A DNA stretch of 26,015 bases from a virus. Made by a program: the position numbers and the translations under genes. Below the pieces are notes generated by a model, which searched no databases, was not told where the DNA came from, and saw only the letters and a list, made by a program, of their open reading frames with translations. The stretch is from the UHGV virus genome UHGV-0203602; one strand, given 5' to 3'. Below are positions 1 through 8,565 of the stretch, one piece after another (the stretch's first letter is position 1; each line of letters opens with the position of its first letter).

Positions 1-1385
1 GTGTTGGGTGTGTTTGGAGATGTCGGCTTAGACCACGTTCCTGTGTAATTGGCATCTGGAGCAAATGTGTTAATATCAGCATCTACAGGCATTTCGCCAC
101 GGAAACGCAGATAGGTATCAGGAGATAGGCCGATGTTGCGAGCAAAAGTTTCTTTATCTGGGATATCAGCGCCGTTAGAGTTTTTCTGTAACGCACCATT
201 CGCTTTATCTACGGTGGTTCTTAATCCCAAGAAATTGATGATATCCGCAGTTGACCCTTTCGCTAACAAGGATCTGGCCGTTTCTGTAAAATCCGTTAAT
301 CCGACTTTATTACTGCCGGTGAAATACAGGAGTTTGTTTGCCGCTGTGGTGACTGCGGCAATAGCGGTGAGTAACGGACTGAGAGGTTGTTTCTGCGCAA
401 GTTCCTCAGTAATCGTTGTTGCGAAGTTAGGGTCATTACCTAACGCCTCAGCTAATTCCGCTAAGGTATTTAACGTCTCGGGTGAAGAACCAACCAATTC
501 AGCAATCGCGTCACGCACCCAGGCCGTTGTGGAGATGCTCGTGTCATTCGAGTCCTTCGGCGGTTTTGGGGATGTCGGTTTGCCCGTAAAATTCGGCGAA
601 TGTTTATTGGCTTTTAACTGTAATTCGTCGTTCAGCTGTTTAACCGTGGACGGCGTGGCAGCCTCCGTCACGGATTCGCTAGTCAGGGTATCGTTAAGTT
701 TAACGATGCCTTTACCGATCGTACTAGCGTCAACTAAGCCTTGGGCGGCGATTTTCTCAGCACGTTGTGCGGCCGCTTCTGAGCGGGTAGCCGCGCCCTC
801 CGACGTTTCTTTATCTTTCGTGACCTGTGCAGCAATTTTCTCCACTGCACCTTTACTGGCCTCAACTGATGCCGCAGTATTTGCGACGCCGGTAGCCGTC
901 TGTTGAACTTGTCCGGCCTGTTGCGCAACCGTTTCTGCTTTCTTAGTTACATCAGCCGCCGCAGCCGTCACCGATTGTTCGCTTGCGGCGACAGCTTGAG
1001 CCTTCTCATTCACCGACACTGATACTTCGTCTACCGCCGTTTTCGCGGCTAATACTTCAGTGTGTTTTGTACCGACTTCAGTTGCTTTTTCGGTTACAGT
1101 TTGCGCTTGTTGAGCAACCGTCGCCGCAACGGTGTCAGTTTGTTGTTTTGCTGTTTCTGCTAAATTCTTTGCTTGTGTAGCCTGAGTTGCAGCTTCTTGT
1201 GATTGTGTTGCTGCTGTCTGTGCTTCAGCCACCGCATTACGTACGGTGTCAATATCCGCAATGATCTCACGGACTGGTAACTTATAATCTTTCTCATCCT
1301 TGGAGAAAAGTAAAACACCTTCACCGATATCACCGGTATATGGTCTAAGATTATGTAATCGTATTTTCTTTACCGCTTTCGCCAT
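1..1385 (-). CDS. Side tail fibre protein, lambda Stf-like; partial, C-terminus lies beyond the window start
   Basis: ATG at 1383-1385 (minus); my translation is stop-free to position 3. N-terminus MAKAVKKIRLHNLRPYTGDIGEGVLLFSKDEKDYKL, then an A/Q/T-rich coiled-coil-like region, then SPNFTGKPTSP...STTAWVRDAIAELVGSSPETLNTLAELAEALGNDPNFATTITEELAQKQPL, which closely matches the conserved central region of lambda Stf (from memory). Not in the ORF track because it runs off the edge. Confidence 0.85.
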   Translation of the reverse strand, partial: MAKAVKKIRLHNLRPYTGDIGEGVLLFSKDEKDYKLPVREIIADIDTVRNAVAEAQTAATQSQEAATQATQAKNLAETAKQQTDTVAATVAQQAQTVTEKATEVGTKHTEVLAAKTAVDEVSVSVNEKAQAVAASEQSVTAAAADVTKKAETVAQQAGQVQQTATGVANTAASVEASKGAVEKIAAQVTKDKETSEGAATRSEAAAQRAEKIAAQGLVDASTIGKGIVKLNDTLTSESVTEAATPSTVKQLNDELQLKANKHSPNFTGKPTSPKPPKDSNDTSISTTAWVRDAIAELVGSSPETLNTLAELAEALGNDPNFATTITEELAQKQPLSPLLTAIAAVTTAANKLLYFTGSNKVGLTDFTETARSLLAKGSTADIINFLGLRTTVDKANGALQKNSNGADIPDKETFARNIGLSPDTYLRFRGEMPVDADINTFAPDANYTGTWSKPTSPNTPN

Positions 1386-1416
1386 GATATTACGTTCTCT
1401 ATCGGGAGCTAAAGAT

Positions 1417-1441
1417 CGGGGGGAGTAGCTTACCCCCCCCC
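1417..1441. other. GC-rich hairpin (G7...C9 arms) between the 1001-aa gene and the tail-fibre gene
   Basis: ggggggg-agtagctta-ccccccccc followed on the plus strand by aatattttttat; lies about 20 nt upstream of the tail-fibre start on the minus strand. Confidence 0.4.
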
Positions 1442-1463
1442 AATATTTTTTATAAGCGGGTTA

Positions 1464-4400
1464 TTATTGCTCTGGTTTTAATGCATCGTCTTCTATCGTT
1501 AACGTAACGTCTAAGACCGCTTGACTGTGGTCAGTAATCGCTAAGTCACGATAAATATTAGCGTTGGCTCCGTAGGTTTTGTAAGTAACGTAGAGACCTA
1601 ACGCACGGAACGCTTCCCCGCTGTAGAACCCAAAAGCCATACCGTTATCGGAAGACTCTCGAGCGGCTGGAGACCACGCCCCGTTAATCGGCTTATTCGG
1701 AATTGAGGTAATCGTAAACCCTTCACCTAACTCCTTAATTGCCGCATTAACTACCTTATCGTAGTTCGGATTCGTTGCACCAGCGAGTAATGCCCAACAA
1801 CAGCCTGCTAACCACAACGCACACATATGTGCGGTGAAGTCATCTTCCACCCAAACGGGTTTATTCGGTGCTGTAGGGAACTCGTTAGGGGTGTGTCCGT
1901 TAAACCGATCCACAAACCCACCTAGCCAATTCACCCAGTTTTCAATATAGCTTGTTAACGCTTCAGGAACCTCTTTACCTCTTAGTTTCAGTTCGTACCA
2001 GCAACGACACGCCGCATGAAACGCGCGAGGTTGGTACCCTGCCCACGGATGGTCATCGCCCCAATGGAACGTTGTCCAGGTATCCGCTTCTCCGTAGCTG
2101 TAGTTGTCCCAACGGTTCCAGATATACGCCGCACAGCCAGGCCCTAATTCACCGAGTTGCTGTTGATAAGCCAACTGCGAATCGTACAAGAACTGAATCT
2201 GGTTATCTAACCACAACTTATACCGGTCGTCTTTGTGGATACTGTACATAAACGGATACTGATAACCCGGATAAGGCATCCCGTGCCAGGCACCTAACTG
2301 TTCTGAACCTTCTGAATAGTTGTTCGAGAACGGTATCGTGCCCGGACAATACGCTAACGAATCCAATCGGTAATCTTTAATCGTACAATCACCCACTTTT
2401 GCATCAAACTCGGCACCACCGCGCAAGGCAATACGGAAGGTTAAAATATAACCATCGTCTTTATTAAAGACCGGTGGAACATCGTTAATACAATAGTAAG
2501 CAAAGTGCGCATGGTCAACCGTCGTGTCAGGAAGAATCGTGACCTGATCCACCTTATCGAAATTCGGTGCTGAAGGTTCAGGGTCAGTGTCTGCGTGGTC
2601 TGGTTGATAACCGGAAAGTGTTGCATCCTCAAGATTCAACGTTACCTGACGCCATTCGTTGTTTGTGTTAGGTAACATCCACCACCAACGCCAGTTATCG
2701 CTGTCGACTAAACGCAGGTTAAAATCTGCGTCTGCACGGTAGACAATAGAAACTGGTTTTACCTTCTCTTCAGCGGTTAACCAGAACCCGATAATAAACC
2801 CGGCATCGTCATCAGGAAATTCAGCTTCTACTACAGTACCCGCGCGACCGTCGTAAATGCTATCCTCAAAACGTTCTTCCCACGTACAACCACCATAGTC
2901 CGAACACGCACGGGCGTCAGCTATCAGGTAGTCCTCCCCTTCTGGGGTGGTAATACGGGCAAGTTGGCCTAAGTCAATATCGTACTGCTTAACCGTGTTC
3001 GCTGTAGACCGAGGTAAAGTTAAACCATACCAGTTTACTTCCTCGGTATCGGCTTTCACAGGGTTAATATCTACCATCGTTCTACAGTAGACAGGATCAC
3101 CGTTCTTACAAACCCCGCCGTACGTGACACGAAGTTTGGAGTCTTTGCTAATCCTGAACCGAACCGCTTGTTGCTCCATAAAGTGCTGTACCGCTTCAGG
3201 CGCATGGATGGTAATGTCTCCATTCTCATCACGGCCGTAGGTAACACTTACGGTATCTGGGTAATCGAAGTCGTACGAAATACCATCCGTAAAAGGTGTT
3301 TCCGCAGCAGTAGAACGTCGGAAGAATTTATCTGTCGCATCAATATACGTGTACTCATGTGCTGTGTAGAAAGCACAGTCTAATGCTTGTTTGTATTTCT
3401 CTTCACCCGTGATTCGCCACAGCAAATAACAGGCGTCGATAAACCACAATTCAGCATCGGCAGCATTACCGTATTGGTTTTTCGACCCTAAGAACGGTGT
3501 GTGGACCGGACGGTTATGCCACGGTTCGTTACGTTTAAACTCGTAACCACCATGTTCAACAGGAAGTTTTACCGCGTAGTTAATTAAATAGACACCGTTT
3601 AACTGCGTGTCTTTTAACTGTACGGTACCTTTATCAGCGTCTGCTAATCCTGTCTCAATAATTTCGCTATCCTGGATTTTGTTACCCGTCCAGGCAATTA
3701 TCCAGTCAACGTCGTGTTTAGGGCCTTTTGTTGCAGAGCCGCCCCAAAGCGGGGTGTACCCTGTAGCGTTGTTTAATAACGTAGGCCAATCAACCCACGC
3801 TTTGGTCTCGTAGGCTTTATCAGGATTGGTAATAACGTGAGTTAAAACATCTTCCCAATTAATTGACCCCTCTTTGTCTTCCTTGATAATCTGTACGTCT
3901 GCGTTAATGGCACCCCAGGCAGGGTGACCACGATGCGCAAACGTAAAGGTATCCAAATACTCTCCCCAGAACGGTGCACCATGCGGTATTTTACACTGTC
4001 CATTTGTAAACCTTACAGGGACGCTTTTATACCCACCTTGGGTAGGTTCCGTAGGGTGTATTGGGTAATGTGCTAATACCGGTTCTTTCCCGTTTACCAA
4101 CCAGTTACAAATACGACGCTGGGGCGTGGTCGGGATAGGTTGTCCGACGTAGAAGTACGTATTGTACGCATCCCAGGCACGTTTCGCCGCATCTAACCAT
4201 CTTTCGTCTTTCGTTGCGATATACATGTGGCAGTAACCAATAACGTGTAACGACTGACCCTCGGTCGTCGCATCCCCGTTCGGTTGGTATTCCGCCATAG
4301 TGTCAGCAATGAAATGACGGTTATTCGACAGAACACCTTCTTCGTTTTGAATATAGTGTTCGTTGTGCGCGTCGTGAGTCGTTCCCGTATTCCGGGTAAC

Positions 4401-4469
4401 GAAGGATTGGTGACCGTAAGCTAACGATAACGCGTAGCTAATCGCGTGACGCTGAAAATGTTTTCTCAT
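1464..4469 (-). CDS. Large (1001 aa) tail-fibre-associated protein; putative carbohydrate-active / receptor-binding enzyme, family unassigned
   Basis: 3006-nt ORF lying between two genes that carry the tail-fibre N-terminal domain. Protein is W/Y/G-rich as in glycoside hydrolases or depolymerases, but no motif I can assign. Start ATG directly abuts the TAG of the upstream ORF. Confidence 0.6.
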   Translation of the reverse strand: MRKHFQRHAISYALSLAYGHQSFVTRNTGTTHDAHNEHYIQNEEGVLSNNRHFIADTMAEYQPNGDATTEGQSLHVIGYCHMYIATKDERWLDAAKRAWDAYNTYFYVGQPIPTTPQRRICNWLVNGKEPVLAHYPIHPTEPTQGGYKSVPVRFTNGQCKIPHGAPFWGEYLDTFTFAHRGHPAWGAINADVQIIKEDKEGSINWEDVLTHVITNPDKAYETKAWVDWPTLLNNATGYTPLWGGSATKGPKHDVDWIIAWTGNKIQDSEIIETGLADADKGTVQLKDTQLNGVYLINYAVKLPVEHGGYEFKRNEPWHNRPVHTPFLGSKNQYGNAADAELWFIDACYLLWRITGEEKYKQALDCAFYTAHEYTYIDATDKFFRRSTAAETPFTDGISYDFDYPDTVSVTYGRDENGDITIHAPEAVQHFMEQQAVRFRISKDSKLRVTYGGVCKNGDPVYCRTMVDINPVKADTEEVNWYGLTLPRSTANTVKQYDIDLGQLARITTPEGEDYLIADARACSDYGGCTWEERFEDSIYDGRAGTVVEAEFPDDDAGFIIGFWLTAEEKVKPVSIVYRADADFNLRLVDSDNWRWWWMLPNTNNEWRQVTLNLEDATLSGYQPDHADTDPEPSAPNFDKVDQVTILPDTTVDHAHFAYYCINDVPPVFNKDDGYILTFRIALRGGAEFDAKVGDCTIKDYRLDSLAYCPGTIPFSNNYSEGSEQLGAWHGMPYPGYQYPFMYSIHKDDRYKLWLDNQIQFLYDSQLAYQQQLGELGPGCAAYIWNRWDNYSYGEADTWTTFHWGDDHPWAGYQPRAFHAACRCWYELKLRGKEVPEALTSYIENWVNWLGGFVDRFNGHTPNEFPTAPNKPVWVEDDFTAHMCALWLAGCCWALLAGATNPNYDKVVNAAIKELGEGFTITSIPNKPINGAWSPAARESSDNGMAFGFYSGEAFRALGLYVTYKTYGANANIYRDLAITDHSQAVLDVTLTIEDDALKPEQ

Positions 4470-4931
4470 CTAGTAACCTGCTGCAAGAAGAGAACCTTTC
4501 CAGGTAGCTCCCCCATCAAGGGTATAAAGCGACAGTGTGTCTTCCGCATTTGCCGCGTAGGATAAAACTGGTTGTGCACCGTGAGGCCACTTAACATTAT
4601 CCGGCCAGGTTACTTTATTCGCCCCTGTTCCTTGCTTAAACGTTAGCATTACTTCGAAACGGGTATTTTCTGCAACGTTGGTAAGGGCTGCGAACGTCAC
4701 TGTAGTGGTGGGATCGTTTAACACCAGAATAATGTCAGTGCTGGTATTGAAATCCAACGTGGCTGCATTATTCGAACCGTTAACCGTGGTGACTGTCGCA
4801 ACCGGGGCTAACTTATCAACGTCAATTTTATATTCTTTATTGTCTTTGCTGTACAGTAACACCCCACCTTGTGGTGTGCCTGCGTAGCTATCGAGCTCAT
4901 GGAGTCTCGTCTTCTTCAGTGCTGTCGCCAT
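4470..4931 (-). CDS. Tail-fibre N-terminal-domain protein (153 aa); possible adaptor for the downstream 1001-aa protein
   Basis: Start moved from the track's GTG at 4964 to ATG at 4929-4931 (GAGG 6 nt upstream). N-terminus MATALKKTRLHELDSYAGTPQGGVLLYSKDNKEYKIDV is about 50% identical to the N-terminus of the Stf-like fibre. Confidence 0.75.
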   Translation of the reverse strand: MATALKKTRLHELDSYAGTPQGGVLLYSKDNKEYKIDVDKLAPVATVTTVNGSNNAATLDFNTSTDIILVLNDPTTTVTFAALTNVAENTRFEVMLTFKQGTGANKVTWPDNVKWPHGAQPVLSYAANAEDTLSLYTLDGGATWKGSLLAAGY

Positions 4932-5460
4932 CTGGAACCTCGAATGTAAGAACGCTATCGTCACCGATACAGAAAATTTCGTCTTCTTCGTTCGCTAACG
5001 CACGTTCAGTTTTATCAAATAACGTCACCATAAACGCATTCATCCACGCAGGTGAATCGTCAGCAACGTTAACAGCAATAGGATCGTTGCCTGAAGTAAT
5101 ATCTGAAGCGCGTAAGTCTTCAGGCTGTAAGTTCGTACCGCAGTATTCGTTTACGACGCTAAGAACATCGCGGATATTCGCTTCAGTACCGTCTAACGAA
5201 ATCAAAATAGGTTCAGACGTTAATACCTCATCGGCGTCGAGTCTATCGTAGTAGACTACAACGGACGCACCATCCGGTTTTCGGATTTTACTGATTTCGG
5301 TGATGGTGTTACGACGTGAAGTTGTTGGGGATGGGTTTGTTGCGGTTCCGCTAATACGAATTTCGTTTAGCGTAAGTTGTAACCCATTATCGTGATTGAT
5401 TAAAGCGACCACTAGCTCTGCTGAGGTCAGACTCAAATCAGGTACGTAAGATGCGGCCAC
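4897..5460 (-). CDS. Hypothetical protein (187 aa), acidic C-terminus; first gene after a terminator, possibly tail-associated
   Basis: GTG start at 5458-5460 preceded by GGAGGG (spacer 5 nt); lies immediately downstream (minus strand) of the terminator at 5476-5520. Confidence 0.65.
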   Translation of the reverse strand: MAASYVPDLSLTSAELVVALINHDNGLQLTLNEIRISGTATNPSPTTSRRNTITEISKIRKPDGASVVVYYDRLDADEVLTSEPILISLDGTEANIRDVLSVVNEYCGTNLQPEDLRASDITSGNDPIAVNVADDSPAWMNAFMVTLFDKTERALANEEDEIFCIGDDSVLTFEVPDGDSTEEDETP

Positions 5461-5475
5461 TTAACCCTCCAAGAT

Positions 5476-5520
5476 CAAAAAAAAATAAAACACCTACCGC
5501 CCATAGAATCGGGCGGTAGG
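5476..5520 (-). terminator. Intrinsic terminator
   Basis: Inverted repeat cctaccgccc / gggcggtagg with an 8-nt loop; on the minus strand the hairpin is followed by TGTTTTATTTTTTTT. Confidence 0.7.
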
Positions 5521-5529
5521 AGACTATTC
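5512..5529. repeat. 18-bp exact repeat GGCGGTAGGAGACTATTC, copy A (overlaps the terminator arm)
   Basis: Identical 18-mer also at 23375-23392. Confidence 0.8.
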
Positions 5530-5584
5530 TGTAATTGAAAATCAAGGACAGTTAGTGATTTTCGGAAGGTTTTGATAGAGTATT

Positions 5585-5959
5585 TTATTCGGTTAATTCT
5601 CCACACAACTCAACGTCGATACCAAACATCATTCCCACTTCTTGAAGTTTGTTCGCCAGTAAGTGACGATGACAAAACTTACCTGCGGGACAGTAACACA
5701 TCAAAACCAAGTCATCGTGTCTGAGTAACGACACTAGAACTTCGGCGTCGATATCTAACAGTCGTTCGAGTTTGTACAAATACTTTATCGTGTACTCACG
5801 TTCAGCGACAGCGTCCTGGGCAGAAGATTTATACGCCATTAGGAAATCCCAGTCGGGGGCGAGTTCCTTTCGCCCTGACTTCACAGTGATATCCACTGCG
5901 TGAAATCCTTTCTGCTTAGCTAACCGCCACTTAGCGAGTTGTAGCGTCCAGATACGCAT
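5585..5959 (-). CDS. DUF488/DUF4326-like protein (124 aa) with conserved C-x-C...C-H-R-H motif
   Basis: N-terminus MRIWTLQ... and C-terminal LVLMCYCPAGKFCHRHLLANKL resemble the DUF488 pattern (...LLCxExxPxxCHRxLxAxxL) as I recall it; TAATG coupling to the upstream gene. Confidence 0.5.
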   Translation of the reverse strand: MRIWTLQLAKWRLAKQKGFHAVDITVKSGRKELAPDWDFLMAYKSSAQDAVAEREYTIKYLYKLERLLDIDAEVLVSLLRHDDLVLMCYCPAGKFCHRHLLANKLQEVGMMFGIDVELCGELTE

Positions 5960-6156
5960 TAGGAGCGAGTCTGTGATTCAGCCATCAACGCACAACTTTT
6001 TACAGCTTGTGCATGAAGCTCTGTACCGGGTGTATAATCCTTTATACAGTCCTGGTACATTTCACGTTTCGTTTCTAAAGTACGAGAGTCGTACTCGGCA
6101 TTCGCTAAAGCCCCTGCAATAACGATAAAAACTACAATCGGCAACCAAATTTTCAT
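5959..6156 (-). CDS. Small secreted/periplasmic protein (65 aa) with N-terminal signal peptide
   Basis: MKIWLPIVVFIVIAGALANA-EYD: hydrophobic core and AxA cleavage motif; GGAGGG RBS; ATGA overlap with the upstream gene. Confidence 0.65.
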   Translation of the reverse strand: MKIWLPIVVFIVIAGALANAEYDSRTLETKREMYQDCIKDYTPGTELHAQAVKSCALMAESQTRS

Positions 6157-6365
6157 TTCCCTCCCCCCATTCGATTAGCGTATTCCGTACACGCCATTAC
6201 TAATTCAGCGTAACGTGGGCTATCTACAGTAGTGCCTGACATACATTCACGATAAAGGGAGTCTCTACGTGATTCGTCAGACGTCTTAACGTAGAACATC
6301 AACATCGCTACAATCAACGCAGTTGAAACGATTGCTGAAATGATATATCCGTCATTTATTTTCAT
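6153..6365 (-). CDS. Small membrane protein (70 aa), single N-terminal transmembrane helix
   Basis: YIISAIVSTALIVAMLMFYV hydrophobic segment followed by a charged tail. Confidence 0.6.
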   Translation of the reverse strand: MKINDGYIISAIVSTALIVAMLMFYVKTSDESRRDSLYRECMSGTTVDSPRYAELVMACTEYANRMGGGK

Positions 6366-6882
6366 CTATAAAGCACCAAGGTTCTGGATAAAAGTCTGTA
6401 AGTAAATCAACGTAAAAACTATGTAAATTTGATAGCTTTATAACACACCCTAACAAATCCTGATCAGTGCGATGATAAATCACCACAGAAGTTTCTGATA
6501 ATCGTTTAACATGTATAAACCCATCATCTTTTATTCTGCGATACAGCATCTTAAAATCGATTTCACCTACCGTATCAGGTTCACCTACGACGGAAAACCG
6601 AATATGTGGCCGTTCGCTACCTTGGGTTGATAAAAATTCCTCTGTCGTCATTGCATAAACCTGCCCTAAAAAGGATAGGTGGGGAATTACTTCTTTACGC
6701 AACTCGCTGCTCGAAATCTTAGCAAAAACCTGGCGTTCCGTTAAGCGCATTAACTCAGCTAATCTCCCCAAGTCTTTGTTATATCCCAAAAAAAGAGCCA
6801 CTTTCTCGTCATGCGTAATAGGCGGCCATTCGACCGCCTTTGCACGACGTTGCTTAAACCAACCCACAAGTCGTGCTATCAC
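6352..6882 (-). CDS. Hypothetical protein (176 aa)
   Basis: GTG start at 6880-6882 with GAGGA 9 nt upstream; no recognisable motif. Confidence 0.65.
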   Translation of the reverse strand: MIARLVGWFKQRRAKAVEWPPITHDEKVALFLGYNKDLGRLAELMRLTERQVFAKISSSELRKEVIPHLSFLGQVYAMTTEEFLSTQGSERPHIRFSVVGEPDTVGEIDFKMLYRRIKDDGFIHVKRLSETSVVIYHRTDQDLLGCVIKLSNLHSFYVDLLTDFYPEPWCFIDENK

Positions 6883-6884
6883 GT

Positions 6885-7577
6885 TTAGTAATCCTCAATC
6901 TGGTTTACTACACTTTGAATACGTGTTGCGACTTCATTAGTGTCCAGGTCAGTTTCGTCTACCTTATCCACGAGTTTCTGTACCTTACGTACATGCGGCT
7001 CAGTGATATCAAAACGACCACGATCGGCTAACAGCAACGTTACCATATCCTTACGCGTAACCATCAGTTCTTCTTCAGGTAAGTGTAAGGATTTGTCTAA
7101 CAGTCCAGAATGCATGAAGTTTTCCAGTAAGCGTTCTTCTCCCTGGTCGAAATCATAGCGTTCATTAGGTGCAGCAACGAAAGCATAGCCGAAGTAGTTT
7201 TCTTCTGTCTCACGTAGCGACTTGATGATTTTGTCACCGTGTTGACAGAAATCACTTAACGTGTAGTCGTCAAGCGTGGCCACGACGGTTTCTGCTTGCA
7301 CGCCGTTATCTGTTTCGTACAGATGCGCAACCCACAGCTTCCAGTTACGTGGCTCGTCAAACAAACCACCGATTAACATATCAGTCGCTGCCATGCGCAT
7401 ACGCGGTGACGTTGTAAACTGGAAACCACGGCCCGCGTACGGGCCGATAGGACGGATAGAGCTACCTACGAAAGTAATGCGGTTTAGCGCATTTTCAGCA
7501 ATGGTGTGCGCAGTACGGTTAGCAGCTGCTTTCGGGTTATACTTTTTGTTACGAGGTTTCTTTTGTTTGGTAGCCAT
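6885..7577 (-). CDS. Hypothetical protein (230 aa), basic N-terminus
   Basis: ATG start; TAATG overlap with the upstream gene; N-terminus MATKQKKPRNKKYNPK. Confidence 0.7.
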   Translation of the reverse strand: MATKQKKPRNKKYNPKAAANRTAHTIAENALNRITFVGSSIRPIGPYAGRGFQFTTSPRMRMAATDMLIGGLFDEPRNWKLWVAHLYETDNGVQAETVVATLDDYTLSDFCQHGDKIIKSLRETEENYFGYAFVAAPNERYDFDQGEERLLENFMHSGLLDKSLHLPEEELMVTRKDMVTLLLADRGRFDITEPHVRKVQKLVDKVDETDLDTNEVATRIQSVVNQIEDY

Positions 7578-8059
7578 TATTTATTCTCAACTAATACTGT
7601 GTGAAATGCTTTATAAAGAGCTTGACGTGTCTCAATTAATGCTGGTCGATTAATCAAGCACATGTATCCGATTTGCCAAGCCCAGTAAGACGTGTCGTTG
7701 GTGTTTAATCCATAATCAGGTTCAGGATATAGTAACTCCGAATCCACTTCTGGTAAATGAAGACGACACAAACTAAGATTCCAAAAGTTGGCTAAGTCAC
7801 ATTTTGCAAGTTCGCTCATTACCTGCATTGGTATCTGATTCCCAAGAGCATCCGTTGCGAAGATAATACGAAGATACCCTGGGGACTTAGAATAGATACC
7901 GTGTCCTTCACAAGACCAAATCGAAACAACATGTTGATGTTCGTTAATCAGTTTACAAATATCACGAACGCCTTTCTCAATGTCACCGTTTTTGGTTGCA
8001 GACTGAGCACGCTCTTTAAACGACGCTAGTCTTTCTGCGTCAACGCAAAAGCGAATCAT
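7577..8059 (-). CDS. Hypothetical protein (160 aa)
   Basis: ATGA overlap with the upstream gene; no recognisable motif. Confidence 0.7.
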   Translation of the reverse strand: MIRFCVDAERLASFKERAQSATKNGDIEKGVRDICKLINEHQHVVSIWSCEGHGIYSKSPGYLRIIFATDALGNQIPMQVMSELAKCDLANFWNLSLCRLHLPEVDSELLYPEPDYGLNTNDTSYWAWQIGYMCLINRPALIETRQALYKAFHTVLVENK

Positions 8060-8520
8060 GTTGGATTCTTCCCTAAGATTATCTCGCGCATTTCCAGATA
8101 GGTGTCAAACGGAACCACGGTGTCTTTATAACGGAGCGTTACGTAAGTTACGAAGTGCTGGGGTGCCAGGAAAGCACGTTTTGGCGACCCGTCGTGGTTG
8201 TAATACTGTTTCGGACGATAATTGTTGAAAATGTCTTCACGTGGGAACAACGATTTCTGAATAACCACTTCCCAACGGTGCGGCGTTTCCAAAAGCGCAA
8301 TCCGGTTCAGTATGTCATCTACCCAACGTTCCTTGTTTTCAGTTAATACGAAACTGATGTGATGATGCTGAACTTCTGCTAGTGCGATTTCGGGTTCTTT
8401 ATCCAGTTTCAACAATACCGCAAACAATGGACGATAATCAGAATCGTACAAGTCACGGAAAGCGGTTTTCTCACGCTGTTTAAACAACTCAACAATTTCT
8501 TTAGATTCAAAACATTTCAT
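8056..8520 (-). CDS. Hypothetical protein (154 aa)
   Basis: ATG preceded by AGGAG (spacer 8 nt). Confidence 0.75.
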   Translation of the reverse strand: MKCFESKEIVELFKQREKTAFRDLYDSDYRPLFAVLLKLDKEPEIALAEVQHHHISFVLTENKERWVDDILNRIALLETPHRWEVVIQKSLFPREDIFNNYRPKQYYNHDGSPKRAFLAPQHFVTYVTLRYKDTVVPFDTYLEMREIILGKNPT

Positions 8521-8565
8521 TTTCTTTTCTCCTAATCATTAAAATAGCCGCAGTTGTAAAAAAGA

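Noticed and set aside
133-906. 257-aa plus-strand ORF
   Set aside because: Lies entirely antisense to the well-supported minus-strand tail-fibre CDS (stop-free with strong Stf homology); no RBS; low-complexity S/A/V-rich translation.
7276-7653. 125-aa plus-strand ORF spanning a gene junction
   Set aside because: Antisense to two coupled minus-strand genes; no RBS; the other short plus-strand ORFs in the track (for example 983-1180, 1952-2251, 3168-3383, 8155-8346, 10826-11068, 16761-16958, 19867-20116, 21604-21834, 22046-22309, 23005-23659, 23697-24049, 24538-24726) were rejected for the same reason.
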